Below are positions 27,269 to 36,935 of a DNA stretch of 64,000 bases, piece after piece (positions within the stretch are counted from its first letter, which is position 1; each line of letters starts with the position of its first letter). The position numbers and the translations under genes are program-made. Below the pieces are notes generated by a model that saw nothing but the letters and a program-made list of their open reading frames with translations, did not search any database and was not told the origin of the DNA. Origin of the DNA: Actinomycetota bacterium (lineage in GTDB: Bacteria; Actinomycetota; UBA4738; HRBIN12); contig JBOGVG010000103.1 of the NCBI GenBank assembly GCA_050692435.1, positions 2,897 to 66,896 on the forward strand. Reading direction: 5' to 3'.

Positions 27269-28956
27269 CCGCCCAGGGCATCGGCGACGGCAACCTTCAC
27301 TTCGGCGTGGCGCGCTACGTTCCGCTCGCCGTCGGACGGCACCTCGACGATCCACACCCCGCCGGCATCGGACGCCTTTTCCACGGCCGGCCCGAGGTCG
27401 GCGGCGCGATCGACCAGGAGGTGGGGCGCGCCGGCCGCGTCCGCGACGTTCGCCAGGTCGAGTCCGTGCGGTGTGACGAACAGATCATCCAACTCCGGAA
27501 GCGACCGCTGCGGGAGAAACGAGAAGATGACGCCGCCGGCGTTGTTGGGGACGACGAACACGGCGTCCTGGCCGCGCTTCGCGCCCCACAGGAGCGCCCC
27601 CACGTCGTGCAGAAGCGTGAGGTCGCCGCACAGGGCGACCGTCGGCGAGCCCGTCGCGGCCACGCCGAGGACGGTGGAGACGAATCCGTCGATCCCGCTG
27701 GCGCCCCGGTTGCCGAGCACGCGAAGGCTCCCCCGGGGCAGCATGTAGAAGTCGAGGTCGCGCACCGGCATGCTCGACCCGACGACGAAGGTCGAGCCAT
27801 CCGGCAGACAGGCGGCGAGGTCCCGAGCCACCCTTCCCTCGAACGGCTCGTCCCAGGAGTCCAACAGCTCGTCCACGGCCCGGCGCGCGCAGGCATCGGC
27901 GTCGCGCCACTCCCGGAGCCAAGGCGTCTCGCCGCGCACGGGAAGTCGCTCGACGAGCGCGCTTCCGAGCATCGCGGGGTCCGCCCGGATCGTCCTCGAC
28001 GCGTGACGGGCCGGGTCGGCGACCAACCCGTCGGGGTCCACGATCACCAGCTCCTTCGCGCCCGCCGCGAAGGCCAAACCCGCCCGCGAGGTCGGTGCGG
28101 CACCGAACTGGAGCACCACATCGGGCTCGTGCGAGGAGGTGAACCCTCGGTCCGCAAGTAGGAACAGCCCGGCCGCGAGGGCTCCCGGCGCGCGCACGCC
28201 CGACGTGGGCTCCGCGATCAGCAGCCACCCGGCCGAGCGGGCAAGGTCCAGGATGGGCCGGGCGTCCAGCCGGAGCGATCCCGCCAGGATGACACCCCGC
28301 TCCATCTCTTCCATCTTCTCGGCCAGCGACGCGACCTCGTCCGGCCTGGGCTCCCGAGGGGCCGGTCGCCACGCGACCGAGGCAGGCCGAGGATCGGCCG
28401 CAGGGACCACTTCTTCCGAGGGCACCAACGGCTCGCGGAATGGCAGGTTCAGATGCACGGGCCCGGGGGCTCCCTCCACGGCGTCGCGGATCGCTTCCCC
28501 CGCGAGAGACCGCCAGTGCGCGAGACCTGGTCGGTCGCCCGGCACCTCCGCGTCGACGAACCGCTTCACGTACCTGCCGAACAGGTGGAGCTGGTCGATG
28601 GCCTGGTTCGCGCCGACGCCTCGGAGCTCCGGGGGCCGGTCCGCCGTGAGCAGGATCAGGGGAACCCGGGACATCGACGCTTCCACGACCGCCGGGAAGA
28701 GGTTGGCGGCCGCGGTGCCGGACGTGGATGCCACCGCCGCCGGCCTCCCCGTCGTCTTCGATAGCCCGAGAGCGAAGAACGCCGAGGACCGCTCGTCGAG
28801 ATGGACGTGGACGTTCACGCGCGGGTGGCGCCAGAGCGCCAGCGCGACCGGGGTGGATCGGGAGCCCGGCGACACGCACGCCTGCTCCAGCCCGTGGGAT
28901 GCGAGCTCGTCCACAAGCGCCTGCATGCATGCGAGCGCGACATCGCCCTCGTTCAT
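27265..28956 (-). CDS. menD: SEPHCHC synthase (2-succinyl-5-enolpyruvyl-6-hydroxy-3-cyclohexene-1-carboxylate synthase)
   Basis: ThDP enzyme with N-terminus ALACMQALVDELASHGLEQACVSPGSRSTPVALA...TSGTAAANLFPAVVEA. The C-terminus carries GNRGASGIDG. The start is MNEGDV (cat 28954-28956). Confidence 0.9.
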   Translation of the reverse strand: MNEGDVALACMQALVDELASHGLEQACVSPGSRSTPVALALWRHPRVNVHVHLDERSSAFFALGLSKTTGRPAAVASTSGTAAANLFPAVVEASMSRVPLILLTADRPPELRGVGANQAIDQLHLFGRYVKRFVDAEVPGDRPGLAHWRSLAGEAIRDAVEGAPGPVHLNLPFREPLVPSEEVVPAADPRPASVAWRPAPREPRPDEVASLAEKMEEMERGVILAGSLRLDARPILDLARSAGWLLIAEPTSGVRAPGALAAGLFLLADRGFTSSHEPDVVLQFGAAPTSRAGLAFAAGAKELVIVDPDGLVADPARHASRTIRADPAMLGSALVERLPVRGETPWLREWRDADACARRAVDELLDSWDEPFEGRVARDLAACLPDGSTFVVGSSMPVRDLDFYMLPRGSLRVLGNRGASGIDGFVSTVLGVAATGSPTVALCGDLTLLHDVGALLWGAKRGQDAVFVVPNNAGGVIFSFLPQRSLPELDDLFVTPHGLDLANVADAAGAPHLLVDRAADLGPAVEKASDAGGVWIVEVPSDGERNVARHAEVKVAVADALGG

Positions 28957-29855
28957 GCCGCTGTGGCTCCGGCGACCCACAACCCCAGCGCGAGCAACGC
29001 CCCGAACGCCACCTGGAGGAGCGCCGTCCCCACGAGCACCGGGATCAACTCCCGACCATCGGCCTTCCCTGCGACCTCCATCGGGCGGATGGCGAGCGGC
29101 CACGCGGCCAGCGCGAGCAGCGCCCACTGCGACATCCCGAGCGGCTCGGCGGCGATGCCCACGGCCACCCCTCCCGCAACCGTGGCGAACGCCGCGACGA
29201 TCAGAGCGCGGAACAGCACCCGAGTTCGCCGCTGGCCCAGCCGGACCGCCAGGGTTCGCTTCCCCGCCGCCTCGTCGGTAGGGATGTCCCGGAGGTTGTT
29301 CGCCTCCAAGATGGCGACCGCCAGGAACCCCACGGCCGCCGCCGACCACCACGCCGCCGCGGGAACCCGCTCGGCCTGCGCGTACGCGGTGCCGACCGTG
29401 GCCATCAGCCCGAAGAACAGGAACACCGCGACCTCGCCCAAGCCGAGCGACGCGTACGGCCACGGCCCGCCCGAGTACAGCCACAGCGCCACCATCGCCG
29501 CCGCGCCGATCGCGATCAGCCACGGCGTCGTGGCCACGGCGAGGGCCAGCCCTGCCAGCCCCGCGACGGCGACGGAAATGAGCGCCGCGATCATCACCGC
29601 ACGGGGCGAGGCCATCCCCGACGACGTCAGTCTTTGCGGGCCCAGCCGGTGCTCGGTGTCCACCCCTCGCACGCCGTCGTGGTAGTCGTTCGCGTAGTTC
29701 ACGCCCACCTGGAGACCCAATCCCACCGCGAGCGCGGCCGCGGTGCGCCACACGGAGGCCCGTCCGGCCGCGGCCGTCCCCACTACGACCGGCGCGACGC
29801 TCGCGGCCAGGGTCCTCGGGCGCGCCCCGTGCACCCAGACGGCGAACCCGTTCAC
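28953..29855 (-). CDS. menA: 1,4-dihydroxy-2-naphthoate polyprenyltransferase
   Basis: UbiA-fold motifs [11 protein letters not shown] and [16 protein letters not shown], with about 8 TM segments. 4-nt overlaps with both neighbours. Confidence 0.9.
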   Translation of the reverse strand: MNGFAVWVHGARPRTLAASVAPVVVGTAAAGRASVWRTAAALAVGLGLQVGVNYANDYHDGVRGVDTEHRLGPQRLTSSGMASPRAVMIAALISVAVAGLAGLALAVATTPWLIAIGAAAMVALWLYSGGPWPYASLGLGEVAVFLFFGLMATVGTAYAQAERVPAAAWWSAAAVGFLAVAILEANNLRDIPTDEAAGKRTLAVRLGQRRTRVLFRALIVAAFATVAGGVAVGIAAEPLGMSQWALLALAAWPLAIRPMEVAGKADGRELIPVLVGTALLQVAFGALLALGLWVAGATAA

Positions 29856-30667
29856 GGCCTCCTCGGGAACCTGGTGAAGTCCGGAGGGCGCTTCTCCAAG
29901 TAGGCGTCGCGCCCCTCCTGCGCCTCCTCAGACATGTAGTAAAGGAGCGTCGCGTCGCCGGCGAGCTGCTGGATGCCGGCCAGGCCGTCGGCGTCGGCGT
30001 TGAACCCGGCCTTGATCAGCCGGAGCGATAGCGGGCTCATCTGGAGGATCCGCCGGCACACCCCGACGGTCTCTTCCTCCAGCCGCTCCAACCGCACGAC
30101 CCGGTTCACCAGCCCCCACTCCAGCGCCGTCTGCGCGTCGTACTGCTCGCACAGGAACCAGACCTCCTTGGCCCGCTTCACGCCGATGGTTCGGGCCAGG
30201 AGCCCGGTCCCGTAGCCAGCGTCGAACGATCCCACCTTGGGCCCCGTTTGGCCGAACCTCGCGTTGTCCGCGGCGATGGTCAGGTCGCATACCAAGTGCA
30301 GCACGTGGCCGCCCCCGATGGCGTAGCCGGCGACCATGGCGATCACCGGCTTGGGGAGCCGCCGGATCTGGACCTGGAGGTCGAGGACGTTCAGGCGTCC
30401 CATCCCCTCCTCGTCCCGATACCCGTCGTCCCCCCGGACCCGCTGGTCGCCGCCCGAGCAGAACGCCTCCGGCCCCTGGCCGGTCAAGACGATCACGCCG
30501 ATCCCCGGGTCGTCCCGAGCCAGGTCGAAGGCGTGCGAGAGCTCGAACAGCGTGATTGGCCGGAACGCGTTGCGAACCTCGGGCCGGTCGATCGTGATCT
30601 TGGCGATGCCCTGGGCGGTCTCGTACCGGATGTCTCGGTAGGTGGTTCCCGACGATTGCCACTCCAT
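29852..30667 (-). CDS. menB: 1,4-dihydroxy-2-naphthoyl-CoA synthase
   Basis: Crotonase fold: [33 protein letters not shown] and [21 protein letters not shown]. The start is MEWQSS. Confidence 0.9.
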   Translation of the reverse strand: MEWQSSGTTYRDIRYETAQGIAKITIDRPEVRNAFRPITLFELSHAFDLARDDPGIGVIVLTGQGPEAFCSGGDQRVRGDDGYRDEEGMGRLNVLDLQVQIRRLPKPVIAMVAGYAIGGGHVLHLVCDLTIAADNARFGQTGPKVGSFDAGYGTGLLARTIGVKRAKEVWFLCEQYDAQTALEWGLVNRVVRLERLEEETVGVCRRILQMSPLSLRLIKAGFNADADGLAGIQQLAGDATLLYYMSEEAQEGRDAYLEKRPPDFTRFPRRP

Positions 30668-30722
30668 TCGACCGATCACTCCTAGAGCGTGCACTCGAAC
30701 GGTTCAGGCTAGCCTATCTCAC

Positions 30723-31907
30723 ATGCCCCCAGGCGCGAGCGCCGGCCTTCGGACCGAGGACGTCGTGGCCGTCACGCTCCCCCCGGGCCCAGAGTGGATC
30801 CGGATCGTGGCGGATGTGTGGGACGCCGGGGCGGCGCTGCTCCCCGTGGACCACCGCCTCCCCCAACCGGAGATCCGGACCCTCCTCGACCGGGCCTCCC
30901 CCACCGTCGTCCACGACTCGGGGGGTTGGACGCGGCTTCCGGCCGGTGTGCCGGCAGGAACCAAGGTCGCGCTGGTCGTCCACACCTCGGGCTCCGGCGG
31001 GGGGCTGAAGCTCGCGCAGTTCGACCGGGCCGCCATCGACGCCGCGGTCGCCTCGTCCGCGCTGGCCCTGGAGGCCACGCCCCACGATCGCTGGTTGTGC
31101 TGCCTCCCGCTTGCCCACGTGGGCGGGCTCCTGGTGTTGCTCCGGGCGGTCCTCCTGGGTGCACCCGTCACCGTCCACGCGAGCTTCGACCCGGTCGCGG
31201 TCGGGGCGGAAGTAGACGCCGGGTTCGTCTCGGTCGTCCCCGCGATGCTGCTTCGGCTGCTCGATGCGAACGCGGACCTCTCGCGCTTCCGGGCCATCCT
31301 GGTGGGAGGGTCGGCCCTGGCCGCCGGACTCCGGGCGAGGGCCGAGGCCGCGGGCGTCCGGGTCATCGAGACGTATGGCCTCACCGAAAGCTGCGGAGGC
31401 GTCGTCTACGACGGCCGTCCCCTCGCCGGGATCGAGGCCCGGATCGATCCGAGGGACCAGGGCATCCAGCTCCGCGGGCCAACCCTGATGCTGGGGTACC
31501 GGTTCGATAAGGAAGGCACCATGGCGGCCTTCACCGGGGACGGCTGGCTTCGAACCTTCGACGCCGGCCTCCTCGATCCCGAAGGCCGGCTCCGGATCCT
31601 GGGCCGCCTGGACGACCTGATCAAGACGGGCGGCGAACGGGTCTGGCCCGACGAGGTCGAGCACGCCCTCCGAGATCACGCCAAGGTGGCCGACGCAGCG
31701 GTGGCCGGCCGGCTCGACTCCGAGTGGGGGCAGCGGGTCGTGGCATTCGTCGTCTCCGCCGACCCCTCGTCTCCTCCCACCCTCCAGGAGCTCCGGGATC
31801 ACGTCTCGATCACGCTCCCCCGCCACAAGGCACCCCGGGAGCTCGTCCTCGTCGACGAGCTCCCCCGCACCGCCTCCGGCAAGGTCCGCCGGGACGGCCT
31901 CGTGTGA
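30723..31907 (+). CDS. menE: o-Succinylbenzoate-CoA ligase (short actinobacterial form)
   Basis: AMP-binding motifs HTSGSGGGLK, ETYGLTE, GDGWLRTFD and PRTASGKVRR. It is divergent from menB. Confidence 0.8.
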   Translation: MPPGASAGLRTEDVVAVTLPPGPEWIRIVADVWDAGAALLPVDHRLPQPEIRTLLDRASPTVVHDSGGWTRLPAGVPAGTKVALVVHTSGSGGGLKLAQFDRAAIDAAVASSALALEATPHDRWLCCLPLAHVGGLLVLLRAVLLGAPVTVHASFDPVAVGAEVDAGFVSVVPAMLLRLLDANADLSRFRAILVGGSALAAGLRARAEAAGVRVIETYGLTESCGGVVYDGRPLAGIEARIDPRDQGIQLRGPTLMLGYRFDKEGTMAAFTGDGWLRTFDAGLLDPEGRLRILGRLDDLIKTGGERVWPDEVEHALRDHAKVADAAVAGRLDSEWGQRVVAFVVSADPSSPPTLQELRDHVSITLPRHKAPRELVLVDELPRTASGKVRRDGLV

Positions 31908-31938
31908 AGGAATAGAGAGCGGTTATCCCTATGGGAGA

Positions 31939-32880
31939 ATGGAGCGGAACGTGCTCGACGAACGAAACGTGATCGTTCTCGGATCGGGGCCGGCCGGGTA
32001 CGCGGCGGCCCTGTACGCCGCCCGCGCAGACCTGGAGCCCCTCGTCCTGAAGGGACTCGACGCCGGTGGCCAGCTCATGCTCACCACCGATGTCGAGAAC
32101 TACCCCGGGTTCCCCGGTGCCATCCTCGGACCGGAGCTCATGGACGCCATGGAGAAGCAGGCCGCCCGGTTCGGGGCGGAGATGCTGCATCAGACCGCGA
32201 CGCGGGTGGACCTTTCCGAGCGGCCGTTCGGGGTGTGGGCGGGGGACCAGGAGTGGCGGGCGAAGACGCTGATCATCGCCACCGGGGCCACGGCCAAGTG
32301 GCTCGGCGTCCCCGGCGAGGACAAGCTCCGGGGCCGCGGTGTGTCGGCCTGCGCGACATGCGACGGGTTCTTCTTCCGCGACAAGGAGCTAGTCGTGGTG
32401 GGCGGGGGGGATACCGCCATGGAGGAGGCCACGTTCCTCACGAAGTTCGCCTCCCACGTCACGATCGTCCACCGCCGCGACGAGTTCCGGGCGTCAAAGA
32501 TCATGCAGGACCGGGCGCTGGCGAACCCCAAGATCTCCGTGACCTGGGACACCGTGGTCGAGGAGATCCTTGGCGACGGCGCGGTGGCCGCCGTCCGCCT
32601 TCGAAACGTGAAGTCGGGCGAGACGACCGAGTTCCGCACGGACGGCGTGTTCGTGGCCATCGGCCATACCCCGAACACGTCGCTGGTGGAGGGGCAACTC
32701 GAACTCACCGACGGCGGCTACATCCCGGTCCAGGAACCGACCACGAAGACCAGCGTGCCCGGCGTGTTCGCCGCTGGCGATGTCACCGACCGAGTCTACC
32801 GTCAGGCGGTGACCGCGGCGGGCCAGGGGTGCAAGGCGGCGATGGACGCCGAGCGCCTCCTGGAAGCGGAAGGACACTAG
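31939..32880 (+). CDS. trxB: Thioredoxin reductase
   Basis: GSGPAGYAAALYAAR (FAD), redox-active CATCDG and GGGDTAMEEA (NADPH). Confidence 0.95.
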   Translation: MERNVLDERNVIVLGSGPAGYAAALYAARADLEPLVLKGLDAGGQLMLTTDVENYPGFPGAILGPELMDAMEKQAARFGAEMLHQTATRVDLSERPFGVWAGDQEWRAKTLIIATGATAKWLGVPGEDKLRGRGVSACATCDGFFFRDKELVVVGGGDTAMEEATFLTKFASHVTIVHRRDEFRASKIMQDRALANPKISVTWDTVVEEILGDGAVAAVRLRNVKSGETTEFRTDGVFVAIGHTPNTSLVEGQLELTDGGYIPVQEPTTKTSVPGVFAAGDVTDRVYRQAVTAAGQGCKAAMDAERLLEAEGH

Positions 32881-33003
32881 GCCTCCACCAAAGAGGGAAT
32901 CCCGAGCATCTTCGGGGGCGTTGCAACGAGCAGGCCATCCCCGGGCCCAGGGCGATCTGGACTCGAGGATGTTCGGATCCGAGGAGGAAGGACGTGGCGT
33001 TCG

Positions 33004-33324
33004 ATGGGTGACGTGACGGACCAGGACTTCGATGAGCGCGTGCTGAGGTCGGACACACCGGTGCTGGTGGACTTCTGGGCAGAGTGGTGCGTGCCCTGCC
33101 ACATGGTCTCCCCCGTGGTCGAGGAGATCGGGCGGGAGAAGGGCGAGGCCCTCATCGTGGTCAAGCTCAACATCGACGAGAACCCCGAGATGACCCGGCG
33201 GTACGGCGTGATGAGCATCCCCACGCTCATGCTGTTCAAGGACGGGCTAGAGAAGGCCCGACTGGTCGGGGCCCGCGGCAAGGAAGCCCTGCTCCGCGAG
33301 ATCGAGCCCCACCTCGCGGCGTAG
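33004..33324 (+). CDS. trxA: Thioredoxin with variant active site WCVPCH
   Basis: 106 aa: VLVDFWAEWCVPCHMVSPVVEEI...IPTLMLFKDG. The canonical motif is WCGPCK. Confidence 0.9.
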   Translation: MGDVTDQDFDERVLRSDTPVLVDFWAEWCVPCHMVSPVVEEIGREKGEALIVVKLNIDENPEMTRRYGVMSIPTLMLFKDGLEKARLVGARGKEALLREIEPHLAA

Positions 33325-33396
33325 GAAGCACCTGCGTGGGCCGTCCGGCCCTCCCAGGTCCGCGGAGCCACCGCGCCCAACCGTAGACTTCCCACC

Positions 33397-34500
33397 GTGA
33401 ACATCATCCACCGAGGAGACTCGGGCGAGGCGATCCGGGACATCCAGCACCGCCTCCTGGATCTCGGCCTCTCCGTCCAACCGGACGAGCTCGAGGGGCG
33501 GTTCGGGCCATCCACGGAGGCCGCGGTGCGGGCATTCCAGCAGCGCCGGGGGCTTCCTTCCGACGGGATGGTCGGCGCCGACACGTGGGGCCAACTCGTG
33601 GAGGCGGGGTACCGGCTCGGCGACCGGGTCCTGTACCTTCGCTCCCCGGCGTTCCGAGGAGACGACGTCCGCGAGCTCCAACGGCGCCTGAACGCCCTGG
33701 GCTTCGACGCGGGCCGGGAGGACGGCATCTTCGGTGCGAGGACCGAGGGGGCCATCGTCGAGTTCCAGCGCAACGTGGGCGAGAACGCCGACGGGATCGT
33801 CGGGCCTGGTACCACCCAAGCCATCGACCGGTTCCGTCCTGCGGTCGAAGGGCCGAGTCGGGCTGTGGTCCGGGAGGAGGAGGACGTCCGCCGGATCGAG
33901 GAGGAGCAGGCCCTGGCCGGATCCCGGGTGGCCATCGACCCGGGGCACGGCCCCGGCGACCCGGGCAACGTCGGCCCCGGGGGCCTCGTCGAGACCGAGG
34001 CCGCGATGTTGCTGGCAAGGGACCTGGCAGAGGAGCTCCGCGCCCGCGGCGCCATCCCCACCATCCTTCGCGGAGACGACGACGATCCCACCCCAAGCGA
34101 GCGCGCCCTGCTGGCGAACGAGCTCGGCGCGGCGGTGTGCATCTCCGTCCACATGAACGCCGGCGAACGAACCGCCGAGGGCGCCACGTGCTTCTACTAC
34201 GGCACCGAGGAAACGCACTCACCGGCGGGGCAGCGCCTCGCGGAGGTCATCCAGGAGGAGCTCACCTCGCGCATGGGGCTGATGGACGGGCGGACCCATC
34301 GCCTGGCCGTGGCAATCCTCCGCGAGACCAGGATGCCCGCGGTCCAGGTGGAACCCTGCTTCATCACCAGCCCGAGCGAAGAGCGGCTGGTGGCCGACCC
34401 GGTCTCCCGGCGCCGCGTGGCCGCCGCCATCGCAACTGGGGTCGAGCGGTTCTTCGGCGCGGTTGAATCGAGGGCGGGGCGCCGGGCCGCGAGCGGCTAG
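33397..34500 (+). CDS. cwlM: CwlM-type N-acetylmuramoyl-L-alanine amidase with two PG-binding domains
   Basis: Two PG_binding_1 repeats (GDSGEAIRDIQHRLLDLG and GDDVRELQRRLNALG), then Amidase_3 (VAIDPGHGPGDPG...ISVHMNAG). GTG start. It sits after trxA, as in mycobacteria. Confidence 0.85.
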   Translation: MNIIHRGDSGEAIRDIQHRLLDLGLSVQPDELEGRFGPSTEAAVRAFQQRRGLPSDGMVGADTWGQLVEAGYRLGDRVLYLRSPAFRGDDVRELQRRLNALGFDAGREDGIFGARTEGAIVEFQRNVGENADGIVGPGTTQAIDRFRPAVEGPSRAVVREEEDVRRIEEEQALAGSRVAIDPGHGPGDPGNVGPGGLVETEAAMLLARDLAEELRARGAIPTILRGDDDDPTPSERALLANELGAAVCISVHMNAGERTAEGATCFYYGTEETHSPAGQRLAEVIQEELTSRMGLMDGRTHRLAVAILRETRMPAVQVEPCFITSPSEERLVADPVSRRRVAAAIATGVERFFGAVESRAGRRAASG

Positions 34501-34538
34501 AGGTCCCGCGAAGCTCCAGCCCATCGGACGGGACCGGC

Positions 34539-34628
34539 TCAGGCTCTGGTGTGCCGCGACCGGGTCAAGGCCACCATCACCAGTCCCAGGACCAGCCCCA
34601 ACAGTGTGGCCTTCGCAGCTCTTGCCAC
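34539..34628 (-). CDS. Possible 29-aa single-TM micro-ORF (VARAAKATLLGLVLGLVMVALTRSRHTRA)
   Basis: Hand-translated from the minus strand in an otherwise empty 200-bp gap. GTG start, weak RBS and no homology evidence. Confidence 0.15.
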   Translation of the reverse strand: MARAAKATLLGLVLGLVMVALTRSRHTRA

Positions 34629-34700
34629 CTCTTCGAAGGAAGGTGCGTTCGTGGAAGGATTGTAGGTCCGCGAACGGCAGCGCTGAGGGGGGAGGCGCCG

Positions 34701-35654
34701 ATGCGGTTCTGCCTGATGCTCGAGGGACAGGAAGGTGTCACCTGGGAGCAGTGGCTGGCCCTGGCCGAGGCCTGTGAGCGGCTCGGCTTCGAGGGTCTGT
34801 TCTCATCCGATCACTACTTCTCGGTCCATGGCGCGGCGGGACGCGGGTCGGCCGACGCGTGGACGGTGCTGGCCGGCGTGGCCGCCCGCACGACGCGCCT
34901 CCGGCTCGGCACACTCGTCTCGCCCGTGACCTTCCGCCTCCCCGTGGTGCTGGCCAAGGTCGCCACCACCGTCGATCGCATATCCGGGGGTCGCGTGGAG
35001 ATCGGGATGGGCGCCGGGTGGTGGGAGGAGGAGCACCGGAGTCACGGGTTTCTCTTCCCTCCCCTGGACGAGCGGATGGAGATGCTGGAGGAACAGCTCG
35101 AGATCGTGCACGGCTTGCTCTCCGAAGAGGTCTTCTCGTTCAAGGGGCGGCATTATGCGCTGCACGACTGTCGGTTCCTGCCGAAGGGGATCCAGTCGCC
35201 CCACCCGCCGATCATCGTGGGGGGGAAGGGAGGACCGAGGATCGCTCGGCTGGCGGCGAGGTGGGCCGACGAGTTCAACACGGTCGGAGGGACGCCGAGG
35301 GAGGTCCGTGAACGCTTCGAGCGCGTTCGCGAGGGGGTGGATGCCGCGGGCCGAGATCAGGCCACCGTCACGACGTCGTTCATGACGTGGGTCTACATCG
35401 GAAAGGACGAGCGGTCCGTCCGGGAGCGCATGGAGCGGGGACGACAGCTCGATCCCAGGGCGGGCTCCTACGACGAGTTCCTCGCCGACGCGGAGCGGGA
35501 CTGCATCGTCGGAACGCCGGACCGCGCCGCCGAGCGCCTGTCGGAATACGCAGCCGCCGGCGTGCAGCGCGTGTTCTTGAACCACGAGCTGTTCGACGAC
35601 CTGGAGATGGTCGAGATCCTGGGGACGGACGTCCTCCCCAAAGTCGGCGACTGA
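34701..35654 (+). CDS. LLM-class (luciferase-like) F420-dependent oxidoreductase
   Basis: MRFCLMLEGQEG...FEGLFSSDHY...LGTLVSPVTFR...GRVEIGMGAGWWEEEH...PPIIVGGKG. GGGGGAGG RBS lies before ATG 34701. Confidence 0.8.
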   Translation: MRFCLMLEGQEGVTWEQWLALAEACERLGFEGLFSSDHYFSVHGAAGRGSADAWTVLAGVAARTTRLRLGTLVSPVTFRLPVVLAKVATTVDRISGGRVEIGMGAGWWEEEHRSHGFLFPPLDERMEMLEEQLEIVHGLLSEEVFSFKGRHYALHDCRFLPKGIQSPHPPIIVGGKGGPRIARLAARWADEFNTVGGTPREVRERFERVREGVDAAGRDQATVTTSFMTWVYIGKDERSVRERMERGRQLDPRAGSYDEFLADAERDCIVGTPDRAAERLSEYAAAGVQRVFLNHELFDDLEMVEILGTDVLPKVGD

Positions 35655-35708
35655 CGCACGCCCCGGTTCCACCTCTCCGAGCTGCGGCGTTGCTACCATG
35701 GCTCCCTA

Positions 35709-36935
35709 ATGGCCGAGCTCAACGTCGATCCCTACGTAGACCTGTACGCCCGACGCACCTCGGGGATGTCCGCATCCGAGGTCCGGGCGCTGTTCGCGGT
35801 GGCGTCCCGTCCCGAGGTCGTCTCGCTGGCCGGCGGCATGCCGTACGTCCAGGGCATCCCGAAGGAGGACGTGCTCGACGTCGTGGCCCACGTCGTGTCC
35901 GAGCAGGCCTCCACCGCGCTCCAGTACGGCGGGGGCCAGGGGATGCCCACCCTCCGGGAGCGCCTGGCCATGCTGATGCGCGAGGAAGGCACGGAGTCCG
36001 ATCCCGAGGACATGGTCGTCACCACGGGGGCGCAGCAGGCCCTCGACCTCATTGGGAAGGTGTTGATCGATCCCGGGGACGAGATCGTCGTGGAGGCTCC
36101 CTCGTACGTGGGCGCGCTCTCGGCGTTCAGCGCATACGAGCCCCGCTACGTCCAGATCGAACTGGACGACAACGGGATGGTCGTCGAACGATTGGAGGAG
36201 GCGCTGGTCAAGGGGGCCCGACCGAAGTTCGTATACACGGTTCCCAACTTCCACAACCCCGCGGGCGTCACCATGTCCACCGCCCGGCGGGAGCAGCTCG
36301 TCGCTCTCTGCCGCGAAGCCCATGTCCCCATCGTGGAGGACAACCCGTATGGCCTACTCCGGTTCGAAGGCCGGTCCGAGCCCACCCTCCGCTCCATGGA
36401 CCCCCACAACGTGATCTACCTGGGGACGGTGTCGAAGGTGTTCGCGCCTGGGCTCCGGGTCGGATGGGCCCTGGCCGAACCCGGTGTCCTCCAGCGGTTG
36501 ATCCTGGCCAAGGAGGCGGGCGATCTCTGTGGGAGCTCCTTCACGATGCTGGTCACCGAGCGCTACCTGTCCGGCAGCCGGTGGCAGAAGAACCTCCAGG
36601 GCCTGGTCGACGTGTACCGAAGCCGTCGAGACGCGATGCTCGCGGCGCTCGATGAGCACTTCCCGGACGACGCCACGTGGACGCTCCCGACAGGCGGGTT
36701 CTTCGTGTGGGTCACCCTCCCTGGATACTTCGACACGCAGGCCATGTTGGCGGCCGCGGTGGAGCGACGGGTGGCCTACGTGCCGGGGACGGCCTTCCAT
36801 CCCGACGGCCGGGGCCGGGACAAGATGCGCCTCGCGTTCTGCTACCCGGCCGAGGACGACATCGTGGAGGGGGTGCGGCGGCTCGGTGCGCTCCTCGCCG
36901 ACGAGGAGGAGTTGTACCGGTCGCTGTCCGGATGA
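35709..36935 (+). CDS. Class I/II PLP-dependent aminotransferase (LysN/2-aminoadipate type)
   Basis: SLAGGMPY, YGGGQGMPTLRE, PNFHNPAG and the PLP lysine context TVSKVFAPGLRVGW. Confidence 0.8.
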   Translation: MAELNVDPYVDLYARRTSGMSASEVRALFAVASRPEVVSLAGGMPYVQGIPKEDVLDVVAHVVSEQASTALQYGGGQGMPTLRERLAMLMREEGTESDPEDMVVTTGAQQALDLIGKVLIDPGDEIVVEAPSYVGALSAFSAYEPRYVQIELDDNGMVVERLEEALVKGARPKFVYTVPNFHNPAGVTMSTARREQLVALCREAHVPIVEDNPYGLLRFEGRSEPTLRSMDPHNVIYLGTVSKVFAPGLRVGWALAEPGVLQRLILAKEAGDLCGSSFTMLVTERYLSGSRWQKNLQGLVDVYRSRRDAMLAALDEHFPDDATWTLPTGGFFVWVTLPGYFDTQAMLAAAVERRVAYVPGTAFHPDGRGRDKMRLAFCYPAEDDIVEGVRRLGALLADEEELYRSLSG

